This document shows positions 13,901 through 27,456 of a stretch of DNA of 64,000 bases, piece by piece. The notes under the pieces were generated by a model. It saw only the letters and a program-made list of their open reading frames with translations, searched no databases and was not told where the DNA came from. The DNA lies in contig OZ059894.1 in assembly GCA_964057225.1 (NCBI GenBank), positions 24,490,001 to 24,554,000 on the forward strand, read 5' to 3'. This stretch comes from Auanema rhodensis (lineage: Eukaryota; Animalia; Nematoda). The number at the start of each line of letters is the position of its first letter. Within the stretch, counting starts at the first letter, position 1. Made by a program: the position numbers and the translations under genes.

Positions 13901-16900
13901 ATGTCCATATTAGTCTAAAAACAAATTTTTTTTGATATTGGTGCATGGTAACCATGACTTTGAAATTTACGTGAACTTTAATTTATGCTAATTAAATGTA
14001 CACGTGATGTGCACTTGGTATGTAACTCGCTTCACGTGAAAGATAAAGAGATGCGGTTTTCAAAATTAGATTCCCCATGTCCATATTAGTCTAAAAACAA
14101 ATTTTTATTGATATTGGTTCATGGTAACCATGACTTTGAAATTTACGTGAACTTCAATTTATGCTAATTAAATGTACACGTGATGTGCACTTGGTATGTA
14201 ACTCGCTTCACGTGAAAGATGAAGAGATGCGGTTTTCAAAATTAGATTCCCTATGTCCATATTAGTCTAATAAGAAATTTTTATTGATATTGGTGCATGG
14301 TAACCATGACTTTGAAATTTACGTGAACTTCAATTTATGCTAATTAAATGTACACGTGATGTGCACTTGGTATGTAACTTGCTTCACGTGAAAGATAAAG
14401 AGATGCGGTTTTCAAAATTAGATTCCCCATGTCCATATTAGTCTAAAAACAAATTTTTATTGATATTGGTTCATGGTAACCATGACTTTGAAATTTACGT
14501 GAACTTTAATTTATGCTAATTAAATGTACACGTGATGTGCACTTGGTATGTAACTCGCTTCACGTGAAAGATAAAGAGATGCGGTTTTCAAAATTAGATT
14601 CCCCATGTCCATATTAGTCTAAAAACAAATTTTTATTGATATTGGTGCATGGTAACCATGACTTTGAAATTTACGTGAATTTTAATTTATGCTAATTAAA
14701 TGTACACGTGATGTGCACTTGGTATGTAACTAGCTTCACGTGAAAGATAAAGAGATGCGGTTTTCAAAATTAGATTCCCTATGTCCATATTAGTCTAAAA
14801 ACAAATTTTTATTGATATTGGTTCATGGTAACCATGACTTTGAAATTTACGTGAACTTTAATTTATGCTAATTAAATGTACACGTGATGGGCACTTGGTA
14901 TGTAACTCGCTTCACGTGAAAGATAAAGAGATGCGGTTTTCAAAATTAGATTCCCCATGTCCATATTAGTCTAAAAACAAATTTTTATTGATATTGGTGC
15001 ATGGTAACCATGACTTTGAAATTTACGTGAATTTTAATTTATGCTAATTAAATGTACACGTGATGTGCACTTGGTATGTAACTAGCTTCACGTGAAAGAT
15101 AAAGAGATGCGGTTTTCAAAATTAGATTCCCCATGTCCATATTAGTCTAAAAACAAATTTTTATTGATATTGGTGCATGGTAACCATGACTTTGAAATTT
15201 ACGTGAACTTCAATTTATGCTAATTAAATGTACACGTGATGTGCACTTGGTATGTAACTCGCTTCACGTGAAAGATAAAGAGATGCGGTTTTCAAAATTA
15301 GATTCCCCATGTCCATATTAGTCTAAAAACAAATTTTTTTTGATATTGGTGCATGGTAACCATGACTTTGAAATTTACGTGAACTTTAATTTATGCTAAT
15401 TAAATGTACACGTGATGTGCACTTGGTATGTAACTCGCTTCACGTGAAAGATAAAGAGATGCGGTTTTCAAAATTAGATTCCCCATGTCCATATTAGTCT
15501 AAAAACAAATTTTTATTGATATTGGTTCATGGTAACCATGACTTTGAAATTTACGTGAACTTCAATTTATGCTAATTAAATGTACACGTGATGTGCACTT
15601 GGTATGTAACTCGCTTCACGTGAAAGATGAAGAGATGCGGTTTTCAAAATTAGATTCCCTATGTCCATATTAGTCTAATAAGAAATTTTTATTGATATTG
15701 GTGCATGGTAACCATGACTTTGAAATTTACGTGAACTTCAATTTATGCTAATTAAATGTACACGTGATGTGCACTTGGTATGTAACTTGCTTCACGTGAA
15801 AGATAAAGAGATGCGGTTTTCAAAATTAGATTCCCCATGTCCATATTAGTCTAAAAACAAATTTTTATTGATATTGGTTCATGGTAACCATGACTTTGAA
15901 ATTTACGTGAACTTTAATTTATGCTAATTAAATGTACACGTGATGTGCACTTGGTATGTAACTCGCTTCACGTGAAAGATAAAGAGATGCGGTTTTCAAA
16001 ATTAGATTCCCCATGTCCATATTAGTCTAAAAACAAATTTTTATTGATATTGGTGCATGGTAACCATGACTTTGAAATTTACGTGAATTTTAATTTATGC
16101 TAATTAAATGTACACGTGATGTGCACTTGGTATGTAACTAGCTTCACGTGAAAGATAAAGAGATGCGGTTTTCAAAATTAGATTCCCTATGTCCATATTA
16201 GTCTAAAAACAAATTTTTATTGATATTGGTTCATGGTAACCATGACTTTGAAATTTACGTGAACTTTAATTTATGCTAATTAAATGTACACGTGATGGGC
16301 ACTTGGTATGTAACTCGCTTCACGTGAAAGATAAAGAGATGCGGTTTTCAAAATTAGATTCCCCATGTCCATATTAGTCTAAAAACAAATTTTTATTGAT
16401 ATTGGTGCATGGTAACCATGACTTTGAAATTTACGTGAATTTTAATTTATGCTAATTAAATGTACACGTGATGTGCACTTGGTATGTAACTAGCTTCACG
16501 TGAAAGATAAAGAGATGCGGTTTTCAAAATAAGATTCCCCATGTCCATATTAGTCTAAAAACAAATTTTTATTGATATTGGTGCATGGTAACCATGACTT
16601 TGAAATTTACGTGAACTTCAATTTATGCTAATTAAATGTACACGTGATGTGCACTTGGTATGTAACTCGCTTCACGTGAAAGATAAAGAGATGCGGTTTT
16701 CAAAATTAGATTCCCCATGTCCATATTAGTCTAAAAACAAATTTTTTTTGATATTGGTGCATGGTAACCATGACTTTGAAATTTACGTGAACTTTAATTT
16801 ATGCTAATTAAATGTACACGTGATGTGCACTTGGTATGTAACTCGCTTCACGTGAAAGATAAAGAGATGCGGTTTTCAAAATTAGATTCCCCATGTCCAT

Positions 16901-19900
16901 ATTAGTCTAAAAACAAATTTTTATTGATATTGGTTCATGGTAACCATGACTTTGAAATTTACGTGAACTTCAATTTATGCTAATTAAATGTACACGTGAT
17001 GTGCACTTGGTATGTAACTCGCTTCACGTGAAAGATGAAGAGATGCGGTTTTCAAAATTAGATTCCCTATGTCCATATTAGTCTAATAAGAAATTTTTAT
17101 TGATATTGGTGCATGGTAACCATGACTTTGAAATTTACGTGAACTTCAATTTATGCTAATTAAATGTACACGTGATGTGCACTTGGTATGTAACTCGCTT
17201 CACGTGAAAGATAAAGAGATGCGGTTTTCAAAATTAGATTCCCCATGTCCATATTAGTCTAAAAACAAATTTTTATTGATATTGGTTCATGGTAACCATG
17301 ACTTTGAAATTTACGTGAACTTTAATTTATGCTAATTAAATGTACACGTGATGTGCACTTGGTATGTAACTCGCTTCACGTGAAAGATAAAGAGATGCGG
17401 TTTTCAAAATTAGATTCCCCATGTCCATATTAGTCTAAAAACAAATTTTTATTGATATTGGTTCATGGTAACCATGACTTTGAAATTTACGTGAACTTCA
17501 ATTTATGCTAATTAAATGTACACGTGATGTGCACTTGGTATGTAACTCGCTTCACGTGAAAGATGAAGAGATGCGGTTTTCAAAATTAGATTCCCTATGT
17601 CCATATTAGTTTAATAACAAATTTTTATTGATATTGGTGCATGGTAACCATGACTTTGAAATTTACGTGAACTTTAATTTATGCTAATTAAATGTACACG
17701 TGATGTGCACTTGGTATGTAACTCGCTTCACGTGAAAGATAAAGAGATGCGGTTTTCAAAATTAGATTCCCCATGTCCATATTAGTCTAAAAACAAATTT
17801 TTATTGATATTGGTTCATGGTAACCATGACTTTGAAATTTACGTGAACTTCAATTTATGCTAATTAAATGTACACGTGATGTGCACTTGGTATGTAACTC
17901 GCTTCACGTGAAAGATGAAGAGATGCGGTTTTCAAAATTAGATTCCCTATGTCCATATTAGTCTAATAACAAATTTTTATTGATATTGGTGCATGGTAAC
18001 CATGACTTTGAAATTTACGTGAACTTTAATTTATGCTAATTAAATGTACACGTGATGTGCACTTGGTATGTAACTCGCTTCACGTGAAAGATAAAGAGAT
18101 GCGGTTTTCAAAATTAGATTCCCCATGTCCATATTAGTCTAAAAACAAATTTTTATTGATATTGGTTCATGGTAACCATGACTTTGAAATTTACGTGAAC
18201 TTCAATTTATGCTAATTAAATGTACACGTGATGTGCACTTGGTATGTAACTCGCTTCACGTGAAAGATGAAGAGATGCGGTTTTCAAAATTAGATTCCCT
18301 ATGTCCATATTAGTCTAATAACAAATTTTTATTGATATTGGTGCATGGTAACCATGACTTTGAAATTTACGTGAACTTTAATTTATGCTAATTAAATGTA
18401 CACGTGATGTGCACTTGGTATGTAACTCGCTTCACGTGAAAGATAATGAGATGCGGTTTTCAAAATTAGATTCCCCATGTCCATATTAGTCTAAAAACAA
18501 ATTTTTATTGATATTGGTTCATGGTAACCATGACTTTGAAATTTACGTGAACTTTAATTTATGCTAATTAAATGTACACGTGATGTGCACTTGGTATGTA
18601 ACTCGCTTCACGTGAAAGATAAAGAGATGCGGTTTTCAAAATTAGATTCCCCATGTCCATATTAGTCTAAAAACAAATTTTTATTGATATTGGTTCATGG
18701 TAACCATGACTTTGAAATTTACGTGAACTTCAATTTATGCTAATTAAATGTACACGTGATGTGCACTTGGTATGTAACTCGCTTCACGTGAAAGATGAAG
18801 AGATGCGGTTTTCAAAATTAGATTCCCTATGTCCATATTAGTCTAAAAACAAATTTTTATTGATATTGGTTCATGGTAACCATGACTTTGAAATTTACGT
18901 GAACTTCAATTTATGCTAATTAAATGTACACGTGATGTGCACTTGGTATGTAACTCGCTTCACTTGAAAGATGAAGAGATGCGGTTTTCAAAATTAGATT
19001 CCCTATGTCCATATTAGTCTAAAAACAAATTTTTATTGATATTGGTTCATGGTAACCATGACTTTGAAATTTACGTGAACTTCAATTTATGCTAATTAAA
19101 TGTACACGTGATGTGCACTTGGTATGTAACTCGCTTCACGTGAAAGATGAAGAGATGCGGTTTTCAAAATTAGATTCCCTATGTCCATATTAGTCTAAAA
19201 ACAAATTTTTATTGATATTGGTTCATGGTAACCATGACTTTGAAATTTACGTGAACTTTAATTTATGCTAATTAAATGTACACGTGATGGGCACTTGGTA
19301 TGTAACTCGCTTCACGTGAAAGATAAAGAGATGCGGTTTTCAAAATTAGATTCCCCATGTCCATATTAGTCTAAAAACAAATTTTTATTGATATTGGTGC
19401 ATGGTAACCATGACTTTGAAATTTACGTGAACTTTAATTTATGCTAATTAAATGTACACGTGATGGGCACTTGGTATGTAACTCGCTTCACGTGAAAGAT
19501 AAAGAGATGCGGTTTTCAAAATTAGATTCCCCATGTCCATATTAGTCTAAAAACAAATTTTTATTGATATTGGTGCATGGTAACCATGACTTTGAAATTT
19601 ACGTGAATTTTAATTTATGCTAATTAAATGTACACGTGATGTGCACTTGGTATGTAACTAGCTTCACGTGAAAGATAAAGAGATGCGGTTTTCAAAATTA
19701 GATTCCCCATGTCCATATTAGTCTAAAAACAAATTTTTATTGATATTGGTGCATGGTAACCATGACTTTGAAATTTACGTGAACTTCAATTTATGCTAAT
19801 TAAATGTACACGTGATGTGCACTTGGTATGTAACTCGCTTCACGTGAAAGATAAAGAGATGCGGTTTTCAAAATTAGATTCCCCATGTCCATATTAGTCT

Positions 19901-22900
19901 AAAAACAAATTTTTATTGATATTGGTTCATGGTAACCATGACTTTGAAATTTACGTGAACTTCAATTTATGCTAATTAAATGTACACGTGATGTGCACTT
20001 GGTATGTAACTCGCTTCACGTGAAAGATGAAGAGATGCGGTTTTCAAAATTAGATTCCCCATGTCCATATTAGTTTAATAACAAATTTTTATTGATATTG
20101 GTGCATGGTAACCATGACTTTGAAATTTACGTGAACTTTAATTTATGCTAATTAAATGTACACGTGATGTGCACTTGGTATGTAACTCGCTTCACGTGAA
20201 AGATAAAGAGATGCGGTTTTCAAAATTAGATTCCCCATGTCCATATTAGTCTAAAAACAAATTTTTATTGATATTGGTTCATGGTAACCATGACTTTGAA
20301 ATTTACGTGAACTTCAATTTATGCTAATTAAATGTACACGTGATGTGCACTTGGTATGTAACTCGCTTCACGTGAAAGATGAAGAGATGCGGTTTTCAAA
20401 ATTAGATTCCCTATGTCCATATTAGTCTAATAACAAATTTTTATTGATATTGGTGCATGGTAACCATGACTTTGAAATTTACGTGAACTTTAATTTATGC
20501 TAATTAAATGTACACGTGATGTGCACTTGGTATGTAACTCGCTTCACGTGAAAGATAAAGAGATGCGGTTTTCAAAATTAGATTCCCCATGTCCATATTA
20601 GTCTAAAAACAAATTTTTATTGATATTGGTTCATGGTAACCATGACTTTGAAATTTACGTGAACTTCAATTTATGCTAATTAAATGTACACGTGATGTGC
20701 ACTTGGTATGTAACTCGCTTCACGTGAAAGATGAAGAGATGCGGTTTTCAAAATTAGATTCCCTATGTCCATATTAGTCTAATAACAAATTTTTATTGAT
20801 ATTGGTGCATGGTAACCATGACTTTGAAATTTACGTGAACTTTAATTTATGCTAATTAAATGTACACGTGATGTGCACTTGGTATGTAACTCGCTTCACG
20901 TGAAAGATAAAGAGATGCGGTTTTCAAAATTAGATTCCCCATGTCCATATTAGTCTAAAAACAAATTTTTATTGATATTGGTTCATGGTAACCATGACTT
21001 TGAAATTTACGTGAACTTTAATTTATGCTAATTAAATGTACACGTGATGTGCACTTGGTATGTAACTCGCTTCACGTGAAAGATAAAGAGATGCGGTTTT
21101 CAAAATTAGATTCCCCATGTCCATATTAGTCTAAAAACAAATTTTTATTGATATTGGTTCATGGTAACCATGACTTTGAAATTTACGTGAACTTCAATTT
21201 ATGCTAATTAAATGTACACGTGATGTGCACTTGGTATGTAACTCGCTTCACGTGAAAGATGAAGAGATGCGGTTTTCAAAATTAGATTCCCTATGTCCAT
21301 ATTAGTCTAAAAACAAATTTTTATTGATATTGGTTCATGGTAACCATGACTTTGAAATTTACGTGAACTTCAATTTATGCTAATTAAATGTACACGTGAT
21401 GTGCACTTGGTATGTAACTCGCTTCACGTGAAAGATGAAGAGATGCGGTTTTCAAAATTAGATTCCCTATGTCCATATTAGTCTAAAAACAAATTTTTAT
21501 TGATATTGGTTCATGGTAACCATGACTTTGAAATTTACGTGAACTTTAATTTATGCTAATTAAATGTACACGTGATGGGCACTTGGTATGTAACTCGCTT
21601 CACGTGAAAGATAAAGAGATGCGGTTTTCAAAATTAGATTCCCCATGTCCATATTAGTCTAAAAACAAATTTTTATTGATATTGGTGCATGGTAACCATG
21701 ACTTTGAAATTTACGTGAACTTTAATTTATGCTAATTAAATGTACACGTGATGGGCACTTGGTATGTAACTCGCTTCACGTGAAAGATAAAGAGATGCGG
21801 TTTTCAAAATTAGATTCCCCATGTCCATATTAGTCTAAAAACAAATTTTTATTGATATTGGTGCATGGTAACCATGACTTTGAAATTTACGTGAATTTTA
21901 ATTTATGCTAATTAAATGTACACGTGATGTGCACTTGGTATGTAACTAGCTTCACGTGAAAGATAAAGAGATGCGGTTTTCAAAATTAGATTCCCCATGT
22001 CCATATTAGTCTAAAAACAAATTTTTATTGATATTGGTGCATGGTAACCATGACTTTGAAATTTACGTGAACTTCAATTTATGCTAATTAAATGTACACG
22101 TGATGTGCACTTGGTATGTAACTCGCTTCACGTGAAAGATAAAGAGATGCGGTTTTCAAAATTAGATTCCCCATGTCCATATTAGTCTAAAAACAAATTT
22201 TTTTTGATATTGGTGCATGGTAACCATGACTTTGAAATTTACGTGAACTTTAATTTATGCTAATTAAATGTACACGTGATGTGCACTTGGTATGTAACTC
22301 GCTTCACGTGAAAGATGAAGAGATGCGGTTTTCAAAATTAGATTCCCTATGTCCATATTAGTCTAATAAGAAATTTTTATTGATATTGGTGCATGGTAAC
22401 CATGACTTTGAAATTTACGTGAACTTCAATTTATGCTAATTAAATGTACACGTGATGTGCACTTGGTATGTAACTTGCTTCACGTGAAAGATAAAGAGAT
22501 GCGGTTTTCAAAATTAGATTCCCCATGTCCATATTAGTCTAAAAACAAATTTTTATTGATATTGGTGCATGGTAACCATGACTTTGAAATTTACGTGAAT
22601 TTTAATTTATGCTAATTAAATGTACACGTGATGGGCACTTGGTATGTAACTCGCTTCACGTGAAAGATAAAGAGATGCGGTTTTCAAAATTAGATTCCCC
22701 ATGTCCATATTAGTCTAAAAACAAATTTTTATTGATATTGGTGCATGGTAACCATGACTTTGAAATTTACGTGAATTTTAATTTATGCTAATTAAATGTA
22801 CACGTGATGTGCACTTGGTATGTAACTAGCTTCACGTGAAAGATAAAGAGATGCGGTTTTCAAAATTAGATTCCCCATGTCCATATTAGTCTAAAAACAA

Positions 22901-25900
22901 ATTTTTATTGATATTGGTGCATGGTAACCATGACTTTGAAATTTACGTGAACTTCAATTTATGCTAATTAAATGTACACGTGATGTGCACTTGGTATGTA
23001 ACTCGCTTCACGTGAAAGATAAAGAGATGCGGTTTTCAAAATTAGATTCCCCATGTCCATATTAGTCTAAAAACAAATTTTTTTTGATATTGGTGCATGG
23101 TAACCATGACTTTGAAATTTACGTGAACTTTAATTTATGCTAATTAAATGTACACGTGATGTGCACTTGGTATGTAACTCGCTTCACGTGAAAGATAAAG
23201 AGATGCGGTTTTCAAAATTAGATTCCCCATGTCCATATTAGTCTAAAAACAAATTTTTATTGATATTGGTTCATGGTAACCATGACTTTGAAATTTACGT
23301 GAACTTCAATTTATGCTAATTAAATGTACACGTGATGTGCACTTGGTATGTAACTCGCTTCACGTGAAAGATGAAGAGATGCGGTTTTCAAAATTAGATT
23401 CCCTATGTCCATATTAGTCTAATAAGAAATTTTTATTGATATTGGTGCATGGTAACCATGACTTTGAAATTTACGTGAACTTCAATTTATGCTAATTAAA
23501 TGTACACGTGATGTGCACTTGGTATGTAACTTGCTTCACGTGAAAGATAAAGAGATGCGGTTTTCAAAATTAGATTCCCCATGTCCATATTAGTCTAAAA
23601 ACAAATTTTTATTGATATTGGTTCATGGTAACCATGACTTTGAAATTTACGTGAACTTTAATTTATGCTAATTAAATGTACACGTGATGTGCACTTGGTA
23701 TGTAACTCGCTTCACGTGAAAGATAAAGAGATGCGGTTTTCAAAATTAGATTCCCCATGTCCATATTAGTCTAAAAACAAATTTTTATTGATATTGGTGC
23801 ATGGTAACCATGACTTTGAAATTTACGTGAATTTTAATTTATGCTAATTAAATGTACACGTGATGTGCACTTGGTATGTAACTAGCTTCACGTGAAAGAT
23901 AAAGAGATGCGGTTTTCAAAATTAGATTCCCTATGTCCATATTAGTCTAAAAACAAATTTTTATTGATATTGGTTCATGGTAACCATGACTTTGAAATTT
24001 ACGTGAACTTTAATTTATGCTAATTAAATGTACACGTGATGGGCACTTGGTATGTAACTCGCTTCACGTGAAAGATAAAGAGATGCGGTTTTCAAAATTA
24101 GATTCCCCATGTCCATATTAGTCTAAAAACAAATTTTTATTGATATTGGTGCATGGTAACCATGACTTTGAAATTTACGTGAATTTTAATTTATGCTAAT
24201 TAAATGTACACGTGATGTGCACTTGGTATGTAACTAGCTTCACGTGAAAGATAAAGAGATGCGGTTTTCAAAATTAGATTCCCCATGTCCATATTAGTCT
24301 AAAAACAAATTTTTATTGATATTGGTGCATGGTAACCATGATTTTGAAATTTACGTGAACTTCAATTTATGCTAATTAAATGTACACGTGATGTGCACTT
24401 GGTATGTAACTCGCTTCACGTGAAAGATAAAGAGATGCGGTTTTCAAAATTAGATTCCCCATGTCCATATTAGTCTAAAAACAAATTTTTTTTGATATTG
24501 GTGCATGGTAACCATGACTTTGAAATTTACGTGAACTTTAATTTATGCTAATTAAATGTACACGTGATGTGCACTTGGTATGTAACTCGCTTCACGTGAA
24601 AGATAAAGAGATGCGGTTTTCAAAATTAGATTCCCCATGTCCATATTAGTCTAAAAACAAATTTTTATTGATATTGGTTCATGGTAACCATGACTTTGAA
24701 ATTTACGTGAACTTCAATTTATGCTAATTAAATGTACACGTGATGTGCACTTGGTATGTAACTCGCTTCACGTGAAAGATGAAGAGATGCGGTTTTCAAA
24801 ATTAGATTCCCTATGTCCATATTAGTCTAATAAGAAATTTTTATTGATATTGGTGCATGGTAACCATGACTTTGAAATTTACGTGAACTTCAATTTATGC
24901 TAATTAAATGTACACGTGATGTGCACTTGGTATGTAACTCGCTTCACGTGAAAGATAAAGAGATGCGGTTTTCAAAATTAGATTCCCCATGTCCATATTA
25001 GTCTAAAAACAAATTTTTATTGATATTGGTTCATGGTAACCATGACTTTGAAATTTACGTGAACTTTAATTTATGCTAATTAAATGTACACGTGATGTGC
25101 ACTTGGTATGTAACTCGCTTCACGTGAAAGATAAAGAGATGCGGTTTTCAAAATTAGATTCCCCATGTTCATATTAGTCTAAAAACAAATTTTTATTGAT
25201 ATTGGTGCATGGTAACCATGACTTTGAAATTTACGTGAACTTTAATTTATGCTAATTAAATGTACACGTGATGTGCACTTGGTATGTAACTCGCTTCACG
25301 TGAAAGATAAAGAGATGCGGTTTTCAAAATTAGATTCCCCATGTCCATATTAGTCTAAAAACAAATTTTTATTGATATTGGTTCATGGTAACCATGACTT
25401 TGAAATTTACGTGAACTTTAATTTATGCTAATTAAATGTACACGTGATGTGCACTTGGTATGTAACTGGCTTCACGTGAAAGATAAAGAGATGCGGTTTT
25501 CAAAATTAGATTCCCCATGTCCATATTAGTCTAAAAACAAATTTTTATTGATATTGGTTCATGGTAACCATGACTTTGAAATTTACGTGAACTTTAATTT
25601 ATGCTAATTAAATGTACACGTGATGTGCACTTGGTATGTAACTCGCTTCACGTGAAAGATAAAGAGATGCGGTTTTCAAAATTAGATTCCCCATGTCCAT
25701 ATTAGTCTAAAAACAAATTTTTATTGATATTGGTTCATGGTAACCATGACTTTGAAATTTACGTGAACTTCAATTTATGCTAATTAAATGTACACGTGAT
25801 GTGCACTTGGTATGTAACTCGCTTCACGTGAAAGATGAAGAGATGCGGTTTTCAAAATTAGATTCCCTATGTCCATATTAGTTTAATAACAAATTTTTAT

Positions 25901-27456
25901 TGATATTGGTGCATGGTAACCATGACTTTGAAATTTACGTGAACTTTAATTTATGCTAATTAAATGTACACGTGATGTGCACTTGGTATGTAACTCGCTT
26001 CACGTGAAAGATAAAGAGATGCGGTTTTCAAAATTAGATTCCCCATGTCCATATTAGTCTAAAAACAAATTTTTATTGATATTGGTTCATGGTAACCATG
26101 ACTTTGAAATTTACGTGAACTTCAATTTATGCTAATTAAATGTACACGTGATGTGCACTTGGTATGTAACTCGCTTCACGTGAAAGATGAAGAGATGCGG
26201 TTTTCAAAATTAGATTCCCTATGTCCATATTAGTCTAATAACAAATTTTTATTGATATTGGTGCATGGTAACCATGACTTTGAAATTTACGTGAACTTTA
26301 ATTTATGCTAATTAAATGTACACGTGATGTGCACTTGGTATGTAACTCGCTTCACGTGAAAGATAAAGAGATGCGGTTTTCAAAATTAGATTCCCCATGT
26401 CCATATTAGTCTAAAAACAAATTTTTATTGATATTGGTTCATGGTAACCATGACTTTGAAATTTACGTGAACTTCAATTTATGCTAATTAAATGTACACG
26501 TGATGTGCACTTGGTATGTAACTCGCTTCACGTGAAAGATGAAGAGATGCGGTTTTCAAAATTAGATTCCCTATGTCCATATTAGTCTAATAACAAATTT
26601 TTATTGATATTGGTGCATGGTAACCATGACTTTGAAATTTACGTGAACTTTAATTTATGCTAATTAAATGTACACGTGATGTGCACTTGGTATGTAACTC
26701 GCTTCACGTGAAAGATAAAGAGATGCGGTTTTCAAAATTAGATTCCCCATGTCCATATTAGTCTAAAAACAAATTTTTATTGATATTGGTTCATGGTAAC
26801 CATGACTTTGAAATTTACGTGAACTTTAATTTATGCTAATTAAATGTACACGTGATGTGCACTTGGTATGTAACTCGCTTCACGTGAAAGATAAAGAGAT
26901 GCGGTTTTCAAAATTAGATTCCCCATGTCCATATTAGTCTAAAAACAAATTTTTATTGATATTGGTTCATGGTAACCATGACTTTGAAATTTACGTGAAC
27001 TTCAATTTATGCTAATTAAATGTACACGTGATGTGCACTTGGTATGTAACTCGCTTCACGTGAAAGATGAAGAGATGCGGTTTTCAAAATTAGATTCCCT
27101 ATGTCCATATTAGTCTAAAAACAAATTTTTATTGATATTGGTTCATGGTAACCATGACTTTGAAATTTACGTGAACTTCAATTTATGCTAATTAAATGTA
27201 CACGTGATGTGCACTTGGTATGTAACTCGCTTCACGTGAAAGATGAAGAGATGCGGTTTTCAAAATTAGATTCCCTATGTCCATATTAGTCTAAAAACAA
27301 ATTTTTATTGATATTGGTTCATGGTAACCATGACTTTGAAATTTACGTGAACTTTAATTTATGCTAATTAAATGTACACGTGATGTGCACTTGGTATGTA
27401 ACTCGCTTCACGTGAAAGATAAAGAGATGCGGTTTTCAAAATTAGATTCCCCATGT
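7921..27456. repeat. HOR domain B: 8-monomer (1408-bp) HOR runs nested in ~33-34-monomer super-units
   Basis: A27T at 9355, 10763, 13931, 15339, 16747, 22203, 23083, 24491. C18G at 9698, 11106, 14274, 15682, 17090, 22370, 23426, 24834. C11T at 11627, 17611, 20075, 25883. Confidence 0.85.
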
